Assembly (NCBI GenBank): GCA_031385045.1
Contig: JANNBC010000060.1
Coordinates: forward strand, 28,502-92,501
DNA: 64,000 nt
Direction of reading: 5' to 3'
Origin: a bacterium
Lineage (GTDB): Bacteria > Bdellovibrionota_C > UBA2361 > CALJRW01
The position numbers were made by a program, and so were the translations under genes. Every line of letters starts with the position of its first letter. Within the stretch, counting starts at the first letter, position 1. A model generated the notes under the pieces. The model saw nothing but the letters and a program-made list of their open reading frames with translations, searched no databases and was not told where the DNA came from. Shown here piece by piece: positions 1 through 10,225 of the stretch.

Positions 1-603
1 GAGGAAACTAAAAGAATGGTGGAGGCTGAGAATCAAAAGTGCCTCTTAATCTGCGGTGATTTAGAAGATATCAAGTTTTGTAAAATAGCTACAAATAAGT
101 GTGTTCGTTATTTTGGTGGTATAAATATCCTGATCAATAATGCTACCAAACAATTTCCCCAAGAATCTGTTGAAGACATTACTACCGAAAAATTGGAAAG
201 CACTTTCAATTCGATGTTCTATTTAACACAAGCTGCCATTAAATACTTATCAGTTGGTGATTCAATTATTAATACTGCCTCTGTTTTTGACTATCGTGGT
301 AATTATCGCCTCCTAGATTATTCAGCCAGTAAGGGGGCAGTTGTTTCTTTCACCCGTTCTCTTGCCGCTAATCTTGTAGATAAAGGAATCAGAGTAAACG
401 CAGTTGCGCCGGGACCAGTCTTGACTCCACAAATCACGACAACTTTTAAAGCTAAAAAGTTAGCTAAATTTGCTTCGCAAATTCCTGTGAAACAAGTTGG
501 TCAAGCCTCTGAGGTTGCTCCGAGCTTTGTATTTTTGGCATCTAAAGATTCTTCTTATATTACTGGCCAAGTCCTTCATCCTAATGGGGGAGCTTCATTC
601 TAG
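1..603 (+). CDS. Short-chain dehydrogenase/reductase (YhdF/glucose-1-dehydrogenase-like), 5' end outside the window
   Basis: Frame is open from base 1. SDR motifs NNA, YSASK (YxxxK), RVNAVAPGPV and SYITGQVLHPNGG are present; the N-terminal TGxxxGIG motif is not in the window. A few residues appear missing at 'TFNSMFY'. Confidence 0.85.
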   Translation, partial: EETKRMVEAENQKCLLICGDLEDIKFCKIATNKCVRYFGGINILINNATKQFPQESVEDITTEKLESTFNSMFYLTQAAIKYLSVGDSIINTASVFDYRGNYRLLDYSASKGAVVSFTRSLAANLVDKGIRVNAVAPGPVLTPQITTTFKAKKLAKFASQIPVKQVGQASEVAPSFVFLASKDSSYITGQVLHPNGGASF

Positions 604-686
604 TAATCTCACGACATAACGTTGGCTATTTATGTACGAAAGGTTAAATATTGAAATAAAGTTTAAGTTGTTGCTGGTTTTAAATA

Positions 687-1255
687 ATGGCTAACTTTAA
701 TTTAGAAAAATTGTTTCAGAGGGCACTCTAAATGTTGCACGACAACTGTTAGGAATGAAACTTACAATAAAACATAATTCTCAAATTACTTCTGGAATGA
801 TTATGGAAGTAGAAGCATATCATTGAGATAGTGATCTAGTCTGCCACTGTTATACATCTAGCAGATCACGGAATGAACTCATGTTTTGGTCTGCTGGGCA
901 TTGTTATGTTTATCAAATTTACGGAATTCACAGATATGTAAATATCGTAACAGAAAAATCATTCATTAGGGCGGTCGTTTTGTTCTAAGCCTTGGAACCC
1001 CTAGAAGGTCAGAACCTGATGTAAGAAAGCCGCGGGCTAGCTAAAAATTTGTTAAACGGTCCAGGCAAGCTGTATCAAGGGATGGGCATCGATCCACAAA
1101 TCCAGGGGATGAATTTATTGCAATCCGATAAGATTAGCATTTCTCCATTTTTATTTATTTTCGAGACGGATATTGCTCAAAGCAGCCGGATAGGAATAAT
1201 CAAAGGCTTAGATTTGCCATGGAGATACTATTTAGAGGGAAAAAATGGGTTTTAA
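687..1255 (+). pseudogene. mpg: DNA-3-methyladenine glycosylase (MPG/AAG family) pseudogene
   Basis: Frame from 722 reads VARQLLGMKL..SGMIMEVEAYH*..MFWSAGHCYVYQIYGIHRYVNIVT..VVLF*ALEPLEG..M*..LLNGPGKL..SSRIGI..PWRYY. In-frame stops at 824, 986 and 1022; frameshift near 720 relative to ATG 687. Confidence 0.9.
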
Positions 1256-1338
1256 AGCTAAGTTTAATCCAAAACACTAGGTCATGCTGGTCTCTTTTGG
1301 GGGTAAACGCGAACTGAATTACTTAAAAACCCTGTTGT

Positions 1339-1368
1339 TTGACTATATTGCACTATTCTGATAAAACT
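1339..1368 (+). promoter_or_regulatory. Putative sigma70 promoter of the str operon
   Basis: TTGACT (1339-1344), 17-bp spacer, TG-a-TAAAAC(T), then a GC-rich discriminator TCGCGC. Confidence 0.45.
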
Positions 1369-1598
1369 TCGCGCAATTGATGCAAGGCTATTTTCTGGAA
1401 TAGTAACCATCAGAAGTTGTACAAAATACTTTCTTAAATTTCAACGCGAATAACTTGTTATCTTAGGTAACTTGTTAATTTTTAGTTGAATAGTTCCAAG
1501 CGACTGAATAGTTTTTGGCATTTGCCCAATACTACTGATGTTGTTTTCGCTACCAGAATTAAGAGAAAGATATATTTTTTATTTGTTATTTAGGACTT

Positions 1599-1970
1599 AT
1601 GCCTACTAAGAATCAATTAGTGCGTACTAGACGCCACCCAAAAATTGTTAAGACCAAATCTCCGGCCTTAAAAGGTTGCCCACAAAGACGTGGTGTTTGC
1701 ACAAGAGTATATACTCAGACTCCAAAGAAACCTAACTCAGCTTTACGTAAAGTTGCCCGTGTTCGTTTAACAACTGGTTACGAAGTTACTGCCTATATCG
1801 GTGGTATGGGACATAATTTGCAAGAACACAGCGTAGTCTTAATTCGTGGTGGTCGAGTTCCCGATCTACCAGGGGTTCGTTACCACATCATCCGCGGTAA
1901 ATTAGAAGCCCAAGGTGTTGATAAGAGAAAACAAGGTCGTTCTAAGTATGGTACTAAGAAGGCTAAGTAG
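1599..1970 (+). CDS. rpsL: 30S ribosomal protein S12
   Basis: [31 protein letters not shown] and DLPGVRYH. Confidence 0.99.
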   Translation: MPTKNQLVRTRRHPKIVKTKSPALKGCPQRRGVCTRVYTQTPKKPNSALRKVARVRLTTGYEVTAYIGGMGHNLQEHSVVLIRGGRVPDLPGVRYHIIRGKLEAQGVDKRKQGRSKYGTKKAK

Positions 1971-1998
1971 TTTTAGTAAGATTTTTTGAAGAAATAAA

Positions 1999-2472
1999 AT
2001 GAGCAGAAAAGATAAAGATTATACTAGAGAAGTGCTACCAGATTCCAAGTATGGGGATTTGGTTTTAGCTAAAGCGATCAACTCAATCATGTTGAGCGGA
2101 AAGAAAAGTGTTGCTGAAACAGCTTATTACAAAGCTTTTGAAATTATTAAGAAGCGTTCTAAGACTGAAGATGCTGTTGAATTCTTCCATCGGGCTCTAA
2201 ATAATATCAAGCCAATCGCGGAAGTTCGTTCTCGTCGTGTTGGTGGTGCAACTTATCAAGTTCCAACTGAAGTAAGAACAGAAAGAGCTCAAGCTCTTGC
2301 TCTTCGCTGGTTAAAAGCTGCTTGTAATTCTCGCAGTGAAAAAACAGTGTCAGAAAGATTAGCTGGTGAGTTAATGGATGCATACGATAACCGCGGTAAC
2401 GCAGTTAAAAAACGAGAAGATACTCATAAAATGGCTGAAGCTAACAAAGCTTTTGCTCACTTTAAATGGTAA
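1999..2472 (+). CDS. rpsG: 30S ribosomal protein S7
   Basis: [15 protein letters not shown] and [13 protein letters not shown]; synteny. Confidence 0.99.
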   Translation: MSRKDKDYTREVLPDSKYGDLVLAKAINSIMLSGKKSVAETAYYKAFEIIKKRSKTEDAVEFFHRALNNIKPIAEVRSRRVGGATYQVPTEVRTERAQALALRWLKAACNSRSEKTVSERLAGELMDAYDNRGNAVKKREDTHKMAEANKAFAHFKW

Positions 2473-2488
2473 ACTTTTTGGTTTATTC

Positions 2489-2559
2489 GCTCGGTATTTA
2501 AATTACTGAGCAAGCTCAGTGGTTAATTCACTGAGTACACTCAGTAAGATTTGCTGAGT
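2489..2559. repeat. Three tandem hairpins with 25-nt period
   Basis: GCTCGGTA-n7-TACTGAGC (2489), GCTCAGTG-n7-CACTGAGT (2514), ACTCAGTA-n5-TGCTGAGT (2539). Confidence 0.85.
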
Positions 2560-2590
2560 ATTGATTTTAGATTTTTGTTAGAAAAGAACA

Positions 2591-4708
2591 GTGTCAAGTA
2601 AAAACGCATTTTCAGATTTAAGTAAAGTAAGAAATATTGGTATCATGGCTCACATTGATGCTGGTAAGACTACAACTACTGAACGTATTCTCTATTATAC
2701 TGGTGTAAACTATAAGATTGGTGAAGTGCACGAAGGTGCTGCCACTATGGATTACATGGAATTAGAGCAGGAGCGCGGAATTACTATTACTTCTGCTGCA
2801 ACTACTTGTAGCTGGTCTGGTTCAAATCTGCAGTACCCTGAACATCAAATCAATATCATTGACACTCCGGGTCACGTAGATTTTACAATCGAAGTAGAAA
2901 GAAGCTTGCGCGTACTAGATGGTGCTGTAGCAGTTTTTGATTCTGGTAATGGAGTAGAGCCACAGTCTGAAACTGTGTGGAGACAAGCAACTAAGTTTGG
3001 CGTTCCAAGAATTTGTTTCATTAACAAAATGGATAAAATTGGAGCTAATTTTAATAAAGCTACCCAATCAATCCGTGATCGCTTAATGGCGATTGCCGTT
3101 CCAGTTCAATTACCAATTGGCGCAGAATCTAGTCTTGTTGGTGTGATTGACCTTGTTGAGCAAAAAGCAATTATTTATGATGGGGAAACTCTTGGTGCTA
3201 AATATGAGTACAAAGAAATTCCTGATGACATGAAAGACGAAGCAGCTTCTGCTCGTGAGTATTTGTTTGAAGCGCTTGCTGAAACAAATGATGATTTCAT
3301 GGATAAGTACATTGCTGGTGATACTGCTAATGTTACTCCAGCAGAGCTTCGTAAGTTAATTCGTGATGCCACATTAACTTGTAAATTCTTCCCAGTTTTA
3401 GTTGGTAGCTCATTTAAGAATAAAGGTGTTCAGCCTTTACTTGATGCAGTTATTGACTACTTACCATCACCACTTGATGTTCCACCAGTAATGGGTTCTC
3501 CGCTTAATGCTAAGCCAGAAGAAATGGGAACAATCATGCGTAAGCCTGATATTAATGAGCCATTTGCAGCACTTGCCTTTAAGATTATTACTGACCCGTA
3601 CGTTGGGGTGTTAACATTCTTCCGAGTTTACTCTGGTAAAATCGAAGCTGGTACTCAGGTTCTTAACTCTACTCGTGGACAGAAAGAACGTATTGGTCGA
3701 ATCATGAAGATTCATGCTGATAAGCGTGAAGACGTAAAAGAAATTTTTGCTGGTCACATTGCTGCGGCAGTAGGTCTTAAAGAAGTAATCACAGGGGATA
3801 CTCTTTGCGAACTTGCTAACCCAGTAGTGTTAGAAACTATTAATGCTCCGGACCCAGTTATTAGTGTTGCAATTGAGCCAAAAACTAAATCTGATGAAGA
3901 GAAAATGGGTATGGCACTTTCTAAGTTAGCCAAAGAAGATCCATCTCTAAAATTAAGAACAGATCATGAAACTGGCCAAACGTTAATTGCTGGAATGGGT
4001 GAGTTACACCTAGATATCGTTCAACAACGATTGTTCCGTGAATTCAAAGTAGAAACAGTTACAGGGAAACCTCAGGTAGCATATCGCGAAGCATTACTTA
4101 AAAGTGTTGATCATAACTTCAGATATGCGAAGCAGTCTGGTGGTCGTGGACAGTTTGCTGAAGTTTATTTGAAACTTGAGCCACAAGAAAGAGGTTTTGG
4201 TTTTGAGTTTGTTGACTCAATTAAAGGTGGAACAATTCCGAAAGAATTTATCCAACCAGTTAAAACAGGTATTGTCGAAGCTATGGCTGGTGGTGTTTTA
4301 GCTGGCTTCCCAATTATCGATTTGAAAGCAACTCTTTATGATGGTAGCTTCCACGAAGTTGACTCCAGTGAGATGGCTTTCAAAATTTGTGGTTCAATCT
4401 GTTTTAAAGAAGGTTGTAACAAAGGGAAAATGGAATTGTTAGAGCCAATCATGGCAGTAGAAGTAATTTGCCCTGATGATTTCATTAGTAACATCGTCGG
4501 CGATTTAAACCGCAGACGTGCTAGAATTATGGGTATGGATCCTCGTGCTGGAGCTCAAGCAGTTAATGCTCAAGTTCCATTATCAGAGATGTTTGGTTAT
4601 TCCACAGACTTACGTTCAAGTTCACAAGGTCGTGCAACTTACACTATGGAATATAGCCATTACGACGCTGTACCTACAAATATTGCTGAAGGAATGGCTA
4701 AAAAATAA
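2591..4708 (+). CDS. fusA: Elongation factor G (GTG start)
   Basis: [35 protein letters not shown] and NKMD. Confidence 0.99.
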   Translation: MSSKNAFSDLSKVRNIGIMAHIDAGKTTTTERILYYTGVNYKIGEVHEGAATMDYMELEQERGITITSAATTCSWSGSNLQYPEHQINIIDTPGHVDFTIEVERSLRVLDGAVAVFDSGNGVEPQSETVWRQATKFGVPRICFINKMDKIGANFNKATQSIRDRLMAIAVPVQLPIGAESSLVGVIDLVEQKAIIYDGETLGAKYEYKEIPDDMKDEAASAREYLFEALAETNDDFMDKYIAGDTANVTPAELRKLIRDATLTCKFFPVLVGSSFKNKGVQPLLDAVIDYLPSPLDVPPVMGSPLNAKPEEMGTIMRKPDINEPFAALAFKIITDPYVGVLTFFRVYSGKIEAGTQVLNSTRGQKERIGRIMKIHADKREDVKEIFAGHIAAAVGLKEVITGDTLCELANPVVLETINAPDPVISVAIEPKTKSDEEKMGMALSKLAKEDPSLKLRTDHETGQTLIAGMGELHLDIVQQRLFREFKVETVTGKPQVAYREALLKSVDHNFRYAKQSGGRGQFAEVYLKLEPQERGFGFEFVDSIKGGTIPKEFIQPVKTGIVEAMAGGVLAGFPIIDLKATLYDGSFHEVDSSEMAFKICGSICFKEGCNKGKMELLEPIMAVEVICPDDFISNIVGDLNRRRARIMGMDPRAGAQAVNAQVPLSEMFGYSTDLRSSSQGRATYTMEYSHYDAVPTNIAEGMAKK

Positions 4709-4831
4709 TTAACCTTATTTTTTGAGTAACTGCGTTATTCAAAAAAGGTTATGAATTAATTAGTTTTTCTTTATAATTTTAATTTCTGAATATTCAGAAA
4801 CGATTTTTTTAAACTTTTAGGAGTACTTAAA

Positions 4832-6037
4832 ATGGCCAAGGGCGAATTTAACCGTACAAAACCACACGTTAACGTGGGGACAATTGGTCACGTTGACCAC
4901 GGTAAAACTACATTAACTGCATCAATCACTAAGGTTCAGTCAGACAAAGGTCTTTGTGACTATGTTCCTTACGATAAAGTGGCAGCCGCAGATGAAACTG
5001 CTGGTCGTCGTGATGCTACAAAAATCATTACAATTTCATCTTCTCACGTAGAATATGAGACAGCTAGTCGTCACTATGCTCACGTAGACTGTCCAGGTCA
5101 CGCCGATTATGTAAAAAACATGATTACTGGTGCTGCTCAAATGGATGGAGCTATTCTTGTAGTAAGTGCTTCTGATGGACCTATGCCACAAACTCGTGAG
5201 CATATTCTTCTTGCTCGCCAAGTAGGGGTTCCAAAGATTGTTGTTTTCCTTAATAAAGTAGACACAGTTGATGATGAAGAGCTACTAGATCTTGTAGAAA
5301 TGGAAGTTCGTGACTTATTAAATGAGTACGGATTCCCAGGTGATGACACTCCAATCGTTCGTGGTTCTGCGCTTAAAGCGATCCAAGGTGATACTAGTGC
5401 AATCGGCGTTGCTTCTATCGATAAATTGATGGAAACAATTGATACTTTTATTCCAATTCCAGAGCGTTCTGTTGATTTACCTTTCTTGTTACCGATTGAA
5501 GACGTGTTCTCAATTGAAGGACGAGGAACTGTAGCAACTGGCCGTATCGAAAGAGGAAAAATTAAGACTGGTGAAGAAATTGAAATCATCGGATTAATGC
5601 CAACTAAAAAAACTACTTGTACAGGTGTTGAGATGTTCCAAAAAACTCTTAACGAAGGTCAAGCAGGGGACAACGTTGGTATGTTACTTCGTGGATTTAA
5701 AAGAAATGAAGTTGAGCGTGGCCAAGTAATTGCTAAGCCAGGTTCAATCACTCCGCATACTAAGTTTAAAGCCGAAGCCTACATCTTGAAAAAAGAAGAA
5801 GGTGGACGTCATAAGCCGTTCTTTACTGGATACCGTCCTCAGTTCTACTTCAGAACTACTGACGTAACTGGTACTTTGAACTTGGCAGCTGGTGTTGAAA
5901 TGGCTATGCCAGGGGACAACGTTGCATTAGATGTTGAACTTCATAAGCCAATCGCTCTAGAGAAACAAGTGCGTTTTGCTATCCGTGAAGGTGGCCGAAC
6001 TGTAGGTTCTGGAGTTGTTACTGAAATTACTGAATAG
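4832..6037 (+). CDS. tuf: Elongation factor Tu with a variant switch I region
   Basis: [34 protein letters not shown] and [12 protein letters not shown]. Confidence 0.99.
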   Translation: MAKGEFNRTKPHVNVGTIGHVDHGKTTLTASITKVQSDKGLCDYVPYDKVAAADETAGRRDATKIITISSSHVEYETASRHYAHVDCPGHADYVKNMITGAAQMDGAILVVSASDGPMPQTREHILLARQVGVPKIVVFLNKVDTVDDEELLDLVEMEVRDLLNEYGFPGDDTPIVRGSALKAIQGDTSAIGVASIDKLMETIDTFIPIPERSVDLPFLLPIEDVFSIEGRGTVATGRIERGKIKTGEEIEIIGLMPTKKTTCTGVEMFQKTLNEGQAGDNVGMLLRGFKRNEVERGQVIAKPGSITPHTKFKAEAYILKKEEGGRHKPFFTGYRPQFYFRTTDVTGTLNLAAGVEMAMPGDNVALDVELHKPIALEKQVRFAIREGGRTVGSGVVTEITE

Positions 6038-6049
6038 TAGTTTCAAAAC

Positions 6050-6091
6050 AGTATCTTGTGGCTATTAATTTAGTCACAAGATACTTATTTT
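6050..6091 (+). terminator. Stem-loop after tuf (terminator or processing/stabilising hairpin)
   Basis: AGTATCTTGTGGCTA-ttaatt-TAGTCACAAGATACT followed by TATTTT. Confidence 0.6.
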
Positions 6092-6169
6092 GCCCATAAT
6101 TATTGGGTCTTAGCTAAGAAGCACACTACAATAGTAAGAGTTTCCGATGGCAATACAAAGAGAAAAAAT

Positions 6170-6493
6170 ATGTTAGGAAATCAAAAGATTCGAATTAAAC
6201 TTAAAGGTTACAACAGTAAGCAAGTTACAGGTGCGATCGAGGAGATTGTACAAACTGTTCGTCGTTCAGGCGGTAGAGTTGCTGGGCCAATCCCATTTCC
6301 AACTCACATTAAAAAGATTACTGTTCAGCGTTCTACATTCGTCGATAAAAAATCTCGTGATCAGTTTGAGATTCGAACGCACAAAAGAATGTTAGATATC
6401 TTAGAGCCAACTCAACAAACAATTGATGAGTTAAGTAAGTTAGAGCTATCAACAGGATTAAATGTTGAAATTAAATTATTAGCATCAGCCTAA
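6170..6493 (+). CDS. rpsJ: 30S ribosomal protein S10
   Basis: [11 protein letters not shown] and [14 protein letters not shown]. Confidence 0.98.
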   Translation: MLGNQKIRIKLKGYNSKQVTGAIEEIVQTVRRSGGRVAGPIPFPTHIKKITVQRSTFVDKKSRDQFEIRTHKRMLDILEPTQQTIDELSKLELSTGLNVEIKLLASA

Positions 6494-6532
6494 GAATAAA
6501 GAAGATTATAAAAGAGAGCAAAGGAGTTTGTT

Positions 6533-7252
6533 ATGACAACCAAAAGAATTTTTCCAGAAGGTCTAATCGGGCGCAAGCTTGGAATGACCCAAGTTTTCGA
6601 TGAAGAAGGCGCAATCGTTCCAGTTACAATCCTAGAAATGGGACCTAACGTAATCTTGGAAGTACTTAACTCAGAACGCAATGGATACAATGCAGTGCAG
6701 TTGGGATTTGCTCCTAAAAAAGCACAGCGTGTAAGCAAGCCTGAGATGGGTCAGTTTAACAAAGCTGGGAAAGGTGCATTCTATTGCGTACGTGAAATGC
6801 GTTGCGACGTGGAAACTTTAGGCTGGAATGCTCTAGGACAAGAGTTAAACGTTGATGATGTTTTCATTGATAATGAATTTGTTGATGTTACAGGAACAAG
6901 TCTTGGTCGTGGCTTTGCTGGTGTGTTCAAAAGACATCATATGAAAGGTCAGCCAATGACTCGTGGTACTCACGAAGTTCGCCGTCACACAGGATCTATT
7001 GGTATGCGTAAAACTCCAGGTCGAGTATTCAAAAACCAAAGAATGCCGGGTCACATGGGGAATGCTCGTGTAACTATCCAAAACTTGAAAGTTTTTTCAG
7101 TTCGTCCAGAAGAAGGTTTAATCTTAGTACGTGGAAATGTACCAGGACCTAAAGGATGTTTCGTTGAAGTAAGAAAATCAATTAAGTCATTTAAGGGAAC
7201 TGTAAAAAGAGCCCCAAAGACTGCTCCAGAGACTAACCAGGAAGCAGTATAG
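6533..7252 (+). CDS. rplC: 50S ribosomal protein L3
   Basis: GRKLGMTQVF, GYNAVQLG and PGRVFKNQRMPGHMG. Confidence 0.99.
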   Translation: MTTKRIFPEGLIGRKLGMTQVFDEEGAIVPVTILEMGPNVILEVLNSERNGYNAVQLGFAPKKAQRVSKPEMGQFNKAGKGAFYCVREMRCDVETLGWNALGQELNVDDVFIDNEFVDVTGTSLGRGFAGVFKRHHMKGQPMTRGTHEVRRHTGSIGMRKTPGRVFKNQRMPGHMGNARVTIQNLKVFSVRPEEGLILVRGNVPGPKGCFVEVRKSIKSFKGTVKRAPKTAPETNQEAV

Positions 7253-7277
7253 TTAGAATTATTTATAAGGGATTAAA

Positions 7278-7955
7278 GTGAACAACGATATTAAATATAA
7301 TTTAGTTGATACCAAGGGCAAAGCCGCTGGGGATGTTTCTCTAGACGCTGGTGTTTTTGGAGTTGAAGTTGATGCTAGCATCTTGCACCAAGTAGTACGT
7401 TGGCAGTTAGCTAAGCGTCGTGCTGGTACACATGCTACTAAAAACTTAGCTAAAACAGATAACAACAAGAAAAAGCCTTACAAGCAAAAAGGTACTGGAC
7501 GTGCTCGTGCTGGTTCGCGCTACGCTACAAACAGAGTAGGCGGAGCTGTTGCTCATGGTCCACAACCACATGGTTATGACTATAAGATTAATCGTAAAGT
7601 AAAAAGAGCAGCTGTCGCTGGTGCTTTAAGTGAAAAGTGTCAACAAAAGAGCCTTTGTATTGTTAAGGATTTGGCAATTGCTACTCCAAAAACTAAAGAA
7701 ATGCAGGTAATGATTGAAGCTCTTAAGAATAACGCTAAAAAAGTTTTAGTTGTTATTAGCTCAAGTGATGCTTGTCGTGAGAAAGAAACACAAATGACTT
7801 TAGCTGGAAGAAATATTCAGAACTTGAAATTCATCGCTGTTAGTGGCTTGAATGCTTATGACGTCTTAAATGCTGATTGCTTAGTATTTGACCAAGATTG
7901 TTTACCACTGATTTCAGAAAAAGTTTTAGGAGTTTCTGAGGCAGTAGCTGCTTAG
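7278..7955 (+). CDS. rplD: 50S ribosomal protein L4 (GTG start)
   Basis: RRAGTHATK and KKPYKQKGTGRARAG. Confidence 0.98.
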   Translation: MNNDIKYNLVDTKGKAAGDVSLDAGVFGVEVDASILHQVVRWQLAKRRAGTHATKNLAKTDNNKKKPYKQKGTGRARAGSRYATNRVGGAVAHGPQPHGYDYKINRKVKRAAVAGALSEKCQQKSLCIVKDLAIATPKTKEMQVMIEALKNNAKKVLVVISSSDACREKETQMTLAGRNIQNLKFIAVSGLNAYDVLNADCLVFDQDCLPLISEKVLGVSEAVAA

Positions 7956-8104
7956 TTTTTTAAGCTTGGCTTTTAAAATCCTGGATTTATCCAGGTTTTA
8001 ATGCCTAAAAACAAAAAATATAGTAAACCATACCAAGAATTTCAAAAGTTTAGAGATTCTTTTTTGGGTTACTATGAAAGTTACTTATAATTTAGGATAT
8101 AGAA

Positions 8105-8434
8105 ATGGCAATTAAAAAGAAAGAAGAAGTTATCAAGCCAAAATTAAAAGATTATCAAATAATCATTGCACCATTTATCACTGAGAAATCAGCGAACGTT
8201 GGTGGAAAAGATTATTCTGGTGTTGTGCTTAAGGTTGACCGACGCGCTTCTAAGTTAGATGTGAAAGAAGCTGTAGAGAAGATCTTTAAAGTAGAAGTTG
8301 CTAACGTTAGAACTTGTAACTACATCGGTAAATTAAAGAGAAGTGGACGTTCATCAGGACGACGCGCCGCATACAAAAAGGCTTATGTAAATTTGAAGCC
8401 TGGCTTTGAGATGAACATTTTTGAAGGACTATAA
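8105..8434 (+). CDS. rplW: 50S ribosomal protein L23
   Basis: [19 protein letters not shown] and KKAYVNL. Confidence 0.97.
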   Translation: MAIKKKEEVIKPKLKDYQIIIAPFITEKSANVGGKDYSGVVLKVDRRASKLDVKEAVEKIFKVEVANVRTCNYIGKLKRSGRSSGRRAAYKKAYVNLKPGFEMNIFEGL

Positions 8435-8448
8435 GAGGACTAAAGACA

Positions 8449-9270
8449 ATGGCAGTTAAAAAATATAACCCAACTTCCCCAGCAAGAAGATTCTTAACAG
8501 TAGTTGATAACTCGGACCTTAGCAAAGTAGCTCCGATGAAATCTTTGCTACAAGTTAAGAAGAAATTTGGTGGACGTAATAACCAAGGACGCACTACAAA
8601 TATTAATAAAGGTGGTGGATGTAAACAGAAGTACCGATTAATTGATTTTGCTCGTAGCAAAAGAGATGTTCTGGGAACAGTTGCAACTATTGAGTATGAT
8701 CCAAACCGTTCTGCTCGTATCGCTTTGATTCATTACGTTGATGGTGACAAGAGATATATTCTTGCTCCTGATAAAATGACAGTTGGTCATAAAGTACAAG
8801 CTGGTGAGTCTGCTCCAATTGAAATTGGTAACAGTTTGCCACTTCGCAATATCCCAACAGGTCAAGAGATTCATGCAATTGAATTAAAGATCGGTGCTGG
8901 TGCTAAGTTAGTTCGCTCTGCTGGACTTTCTGCTCAGCTTTTGGCTAAGGAAGGTGAATATGCTACTCTGCGCATGCCTTCTGGTGAAATGCGTAAAATC
9001 CACTTAAGTTGCTATGCAACTATTGGAAAAGTAAGCAATTCTGACCATAAAAACGTTACTATTGGTAAGGCTGGAAGATCTCGTATGTTAGGTCGACGTC
9101 CTCATAACCGTGGTATCAGTAAGAACCCAGTCGATCACCCAATGGGTGGTAGAACAAATGGTGGTAAGCACCCATGTTCGCCAACTGGTAAGAATGCTAA
9201 AGGTCTTAAAACAAGACATAACAAGCTTACTAACAAATTTATTATTAAACGTCGCGTTAAGAAAAAATAG
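8449..9270 (+). CDS. rplB: 50S ribosomal protein L2
   Basis: [21 protein letters not shown] and NPVDHP. Confidence 0.99.
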   Translation: MAVKKYNPTSPARRFLTVVDNSDLSKVAPMKSLLQVKKKFGGRNNQGRTTNINKGGGCKQKYRLIDFARSKRDVLGTVATIEYDPNRSARIALIHYVDGDKRYILAPDKMTVGHKVQAGESAPIEIGNSLPLRNIPTGQEIHAIELKIGAGAKLVRSAGLSAQLLAKEGEYATLRMPSGEMRKIHLSCYATIGKVSNSDHKNVTIGKAGRSRMLGRRPHNRGISKNPVDHPMGGRTNGGKHPCSPTGKNAKGLKTRHNKLTNKFIIKRRVKKK

Positions 9271-9418
9271 ACCAGCGTTTAATATAACAAGGTAATGTTT
9301 ATTCATTACTAGCCGAGCTAATAAAATTAGGTCGGTGTCGCAAACACAATAGTGAACCTAATTAAAAACTAGTTAATGTGTTTGTATTTTTCAAGTTCAC
9401 TAAATTTAGGAGACTACA

Positions 9419-9694
9419 ATGCCAAGATCGTTAAAGAAAGGATTTTATGTTCAACCATGTTTACAAAAATGGTTAGATCGTTTGAAGGATGGAACTTATA
9501 AGGGCCCAGTTAAGACTTGGTCACGTCGTTCGACAATTACTCCAGATATGATTGGTGTGAACTTTATGGTTCATAACGGGAAGAAGTTTATTCCAGTGTT
9601 TGTTTCTGGTGACATGGTTGGTCACAAACTTGGAGAGTTTTCTCCAACAAGAACTTTTCATAACCACCCGGCTAAAGCTGGCGGTAAAAAATAA
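9419..9694 (+). CDS. rpsS: 30S ribosomal protein S19
   Basis: [15 protein letters not shown] and [13 protein letters not shown]. Confidence 0.99.
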   Translation: MPRSLKKGFYVQPCLQKWLDRLKDGTYKGPVKTWSRRSTITPDMIGVNFMVHNGKKFIPVFVSGDMVGHKLGEFSPTRTFHNHPAKAGGKK

Positions 9695-9721
9695 TTTTGA
9701 GTTTAAGTATAGAGAGGCGTT

Positions 9722-10099
9722 ATGGCTGTTAAGCAGAATGTTAAGAAAATTAGAAATAAGGTTGTAGAAGTGATTGCTTCTGCTACTTTAAAAGGCGCTA
9801 AAGTATCTCCGCGTAAGACTAGATTAGTAGTTGATATGGTGCGTGATATGCAGGTAGAGAATGCTTTAAATACTCTAAGCTATAGTACTCAAAAGCGTGC
9901 TGAAATTGTTCGCAAAGTTCTACAGTCAGCTATTTATAATGCTAAAGAGAAAGGTGCTGATGTTGATGATCTATGGGTTGTTGGAGCTTGGGTTGATGAA
10001 GGCACTGTAATGATGCGTTTTAAGCCACGTGCTCGTGGTTCTGCTTTCCCAATCAGAAAGCGTTCTTCGCATATTACCTTTCAAGTAGGTAAAGTTTAA
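9722..10099 (+). CDS. rplV: 50S ribosomal protein L22
   Basis: SPRKTRLVVD and RFKPRARG..IRKRSSHI. Confidence 0.98.
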   Translation: MAVKQNVKKIRNKVVEVIASATLKGAKVSPRKTRLVVDMVRDMQVENALNTLSYSTQKRAEIVRKVLQSAIYNAKEKGADVDDLWVVGAWVDEGTVMMRFKPRARGSAFPIRKRSSHITFQVGKV

Positions 10100-10225
10100 G
10101 TAAATATTAATTAAATGAAGGCAAAATATTGCTTTTAATTCAATAATATTTTAATATTACGACCCCTTGGACTGTAAATTGGGGTCATAAGTTAGGAAAA
10201 ATTTTTAAAAAAATTGTAAACAATT

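Noticed and set aside
824..826. TGA in mpg as selenocysteine or a recoded stop
   Set aside because: The same frame also has two TAA stops and a frameshift, and TGA ends an intact gene elsewhere (GT4 at 55358-55360).
1049..1255. 68-aa ORF as a standalone gene
   Set aside because: It is the last stop-free segment of the mpg pseudogene.
2489..2559. Mini CRISPR array
   Set aside because: The period is only 25 nt, there are no spacer-length unique sequences, and no cas genes.
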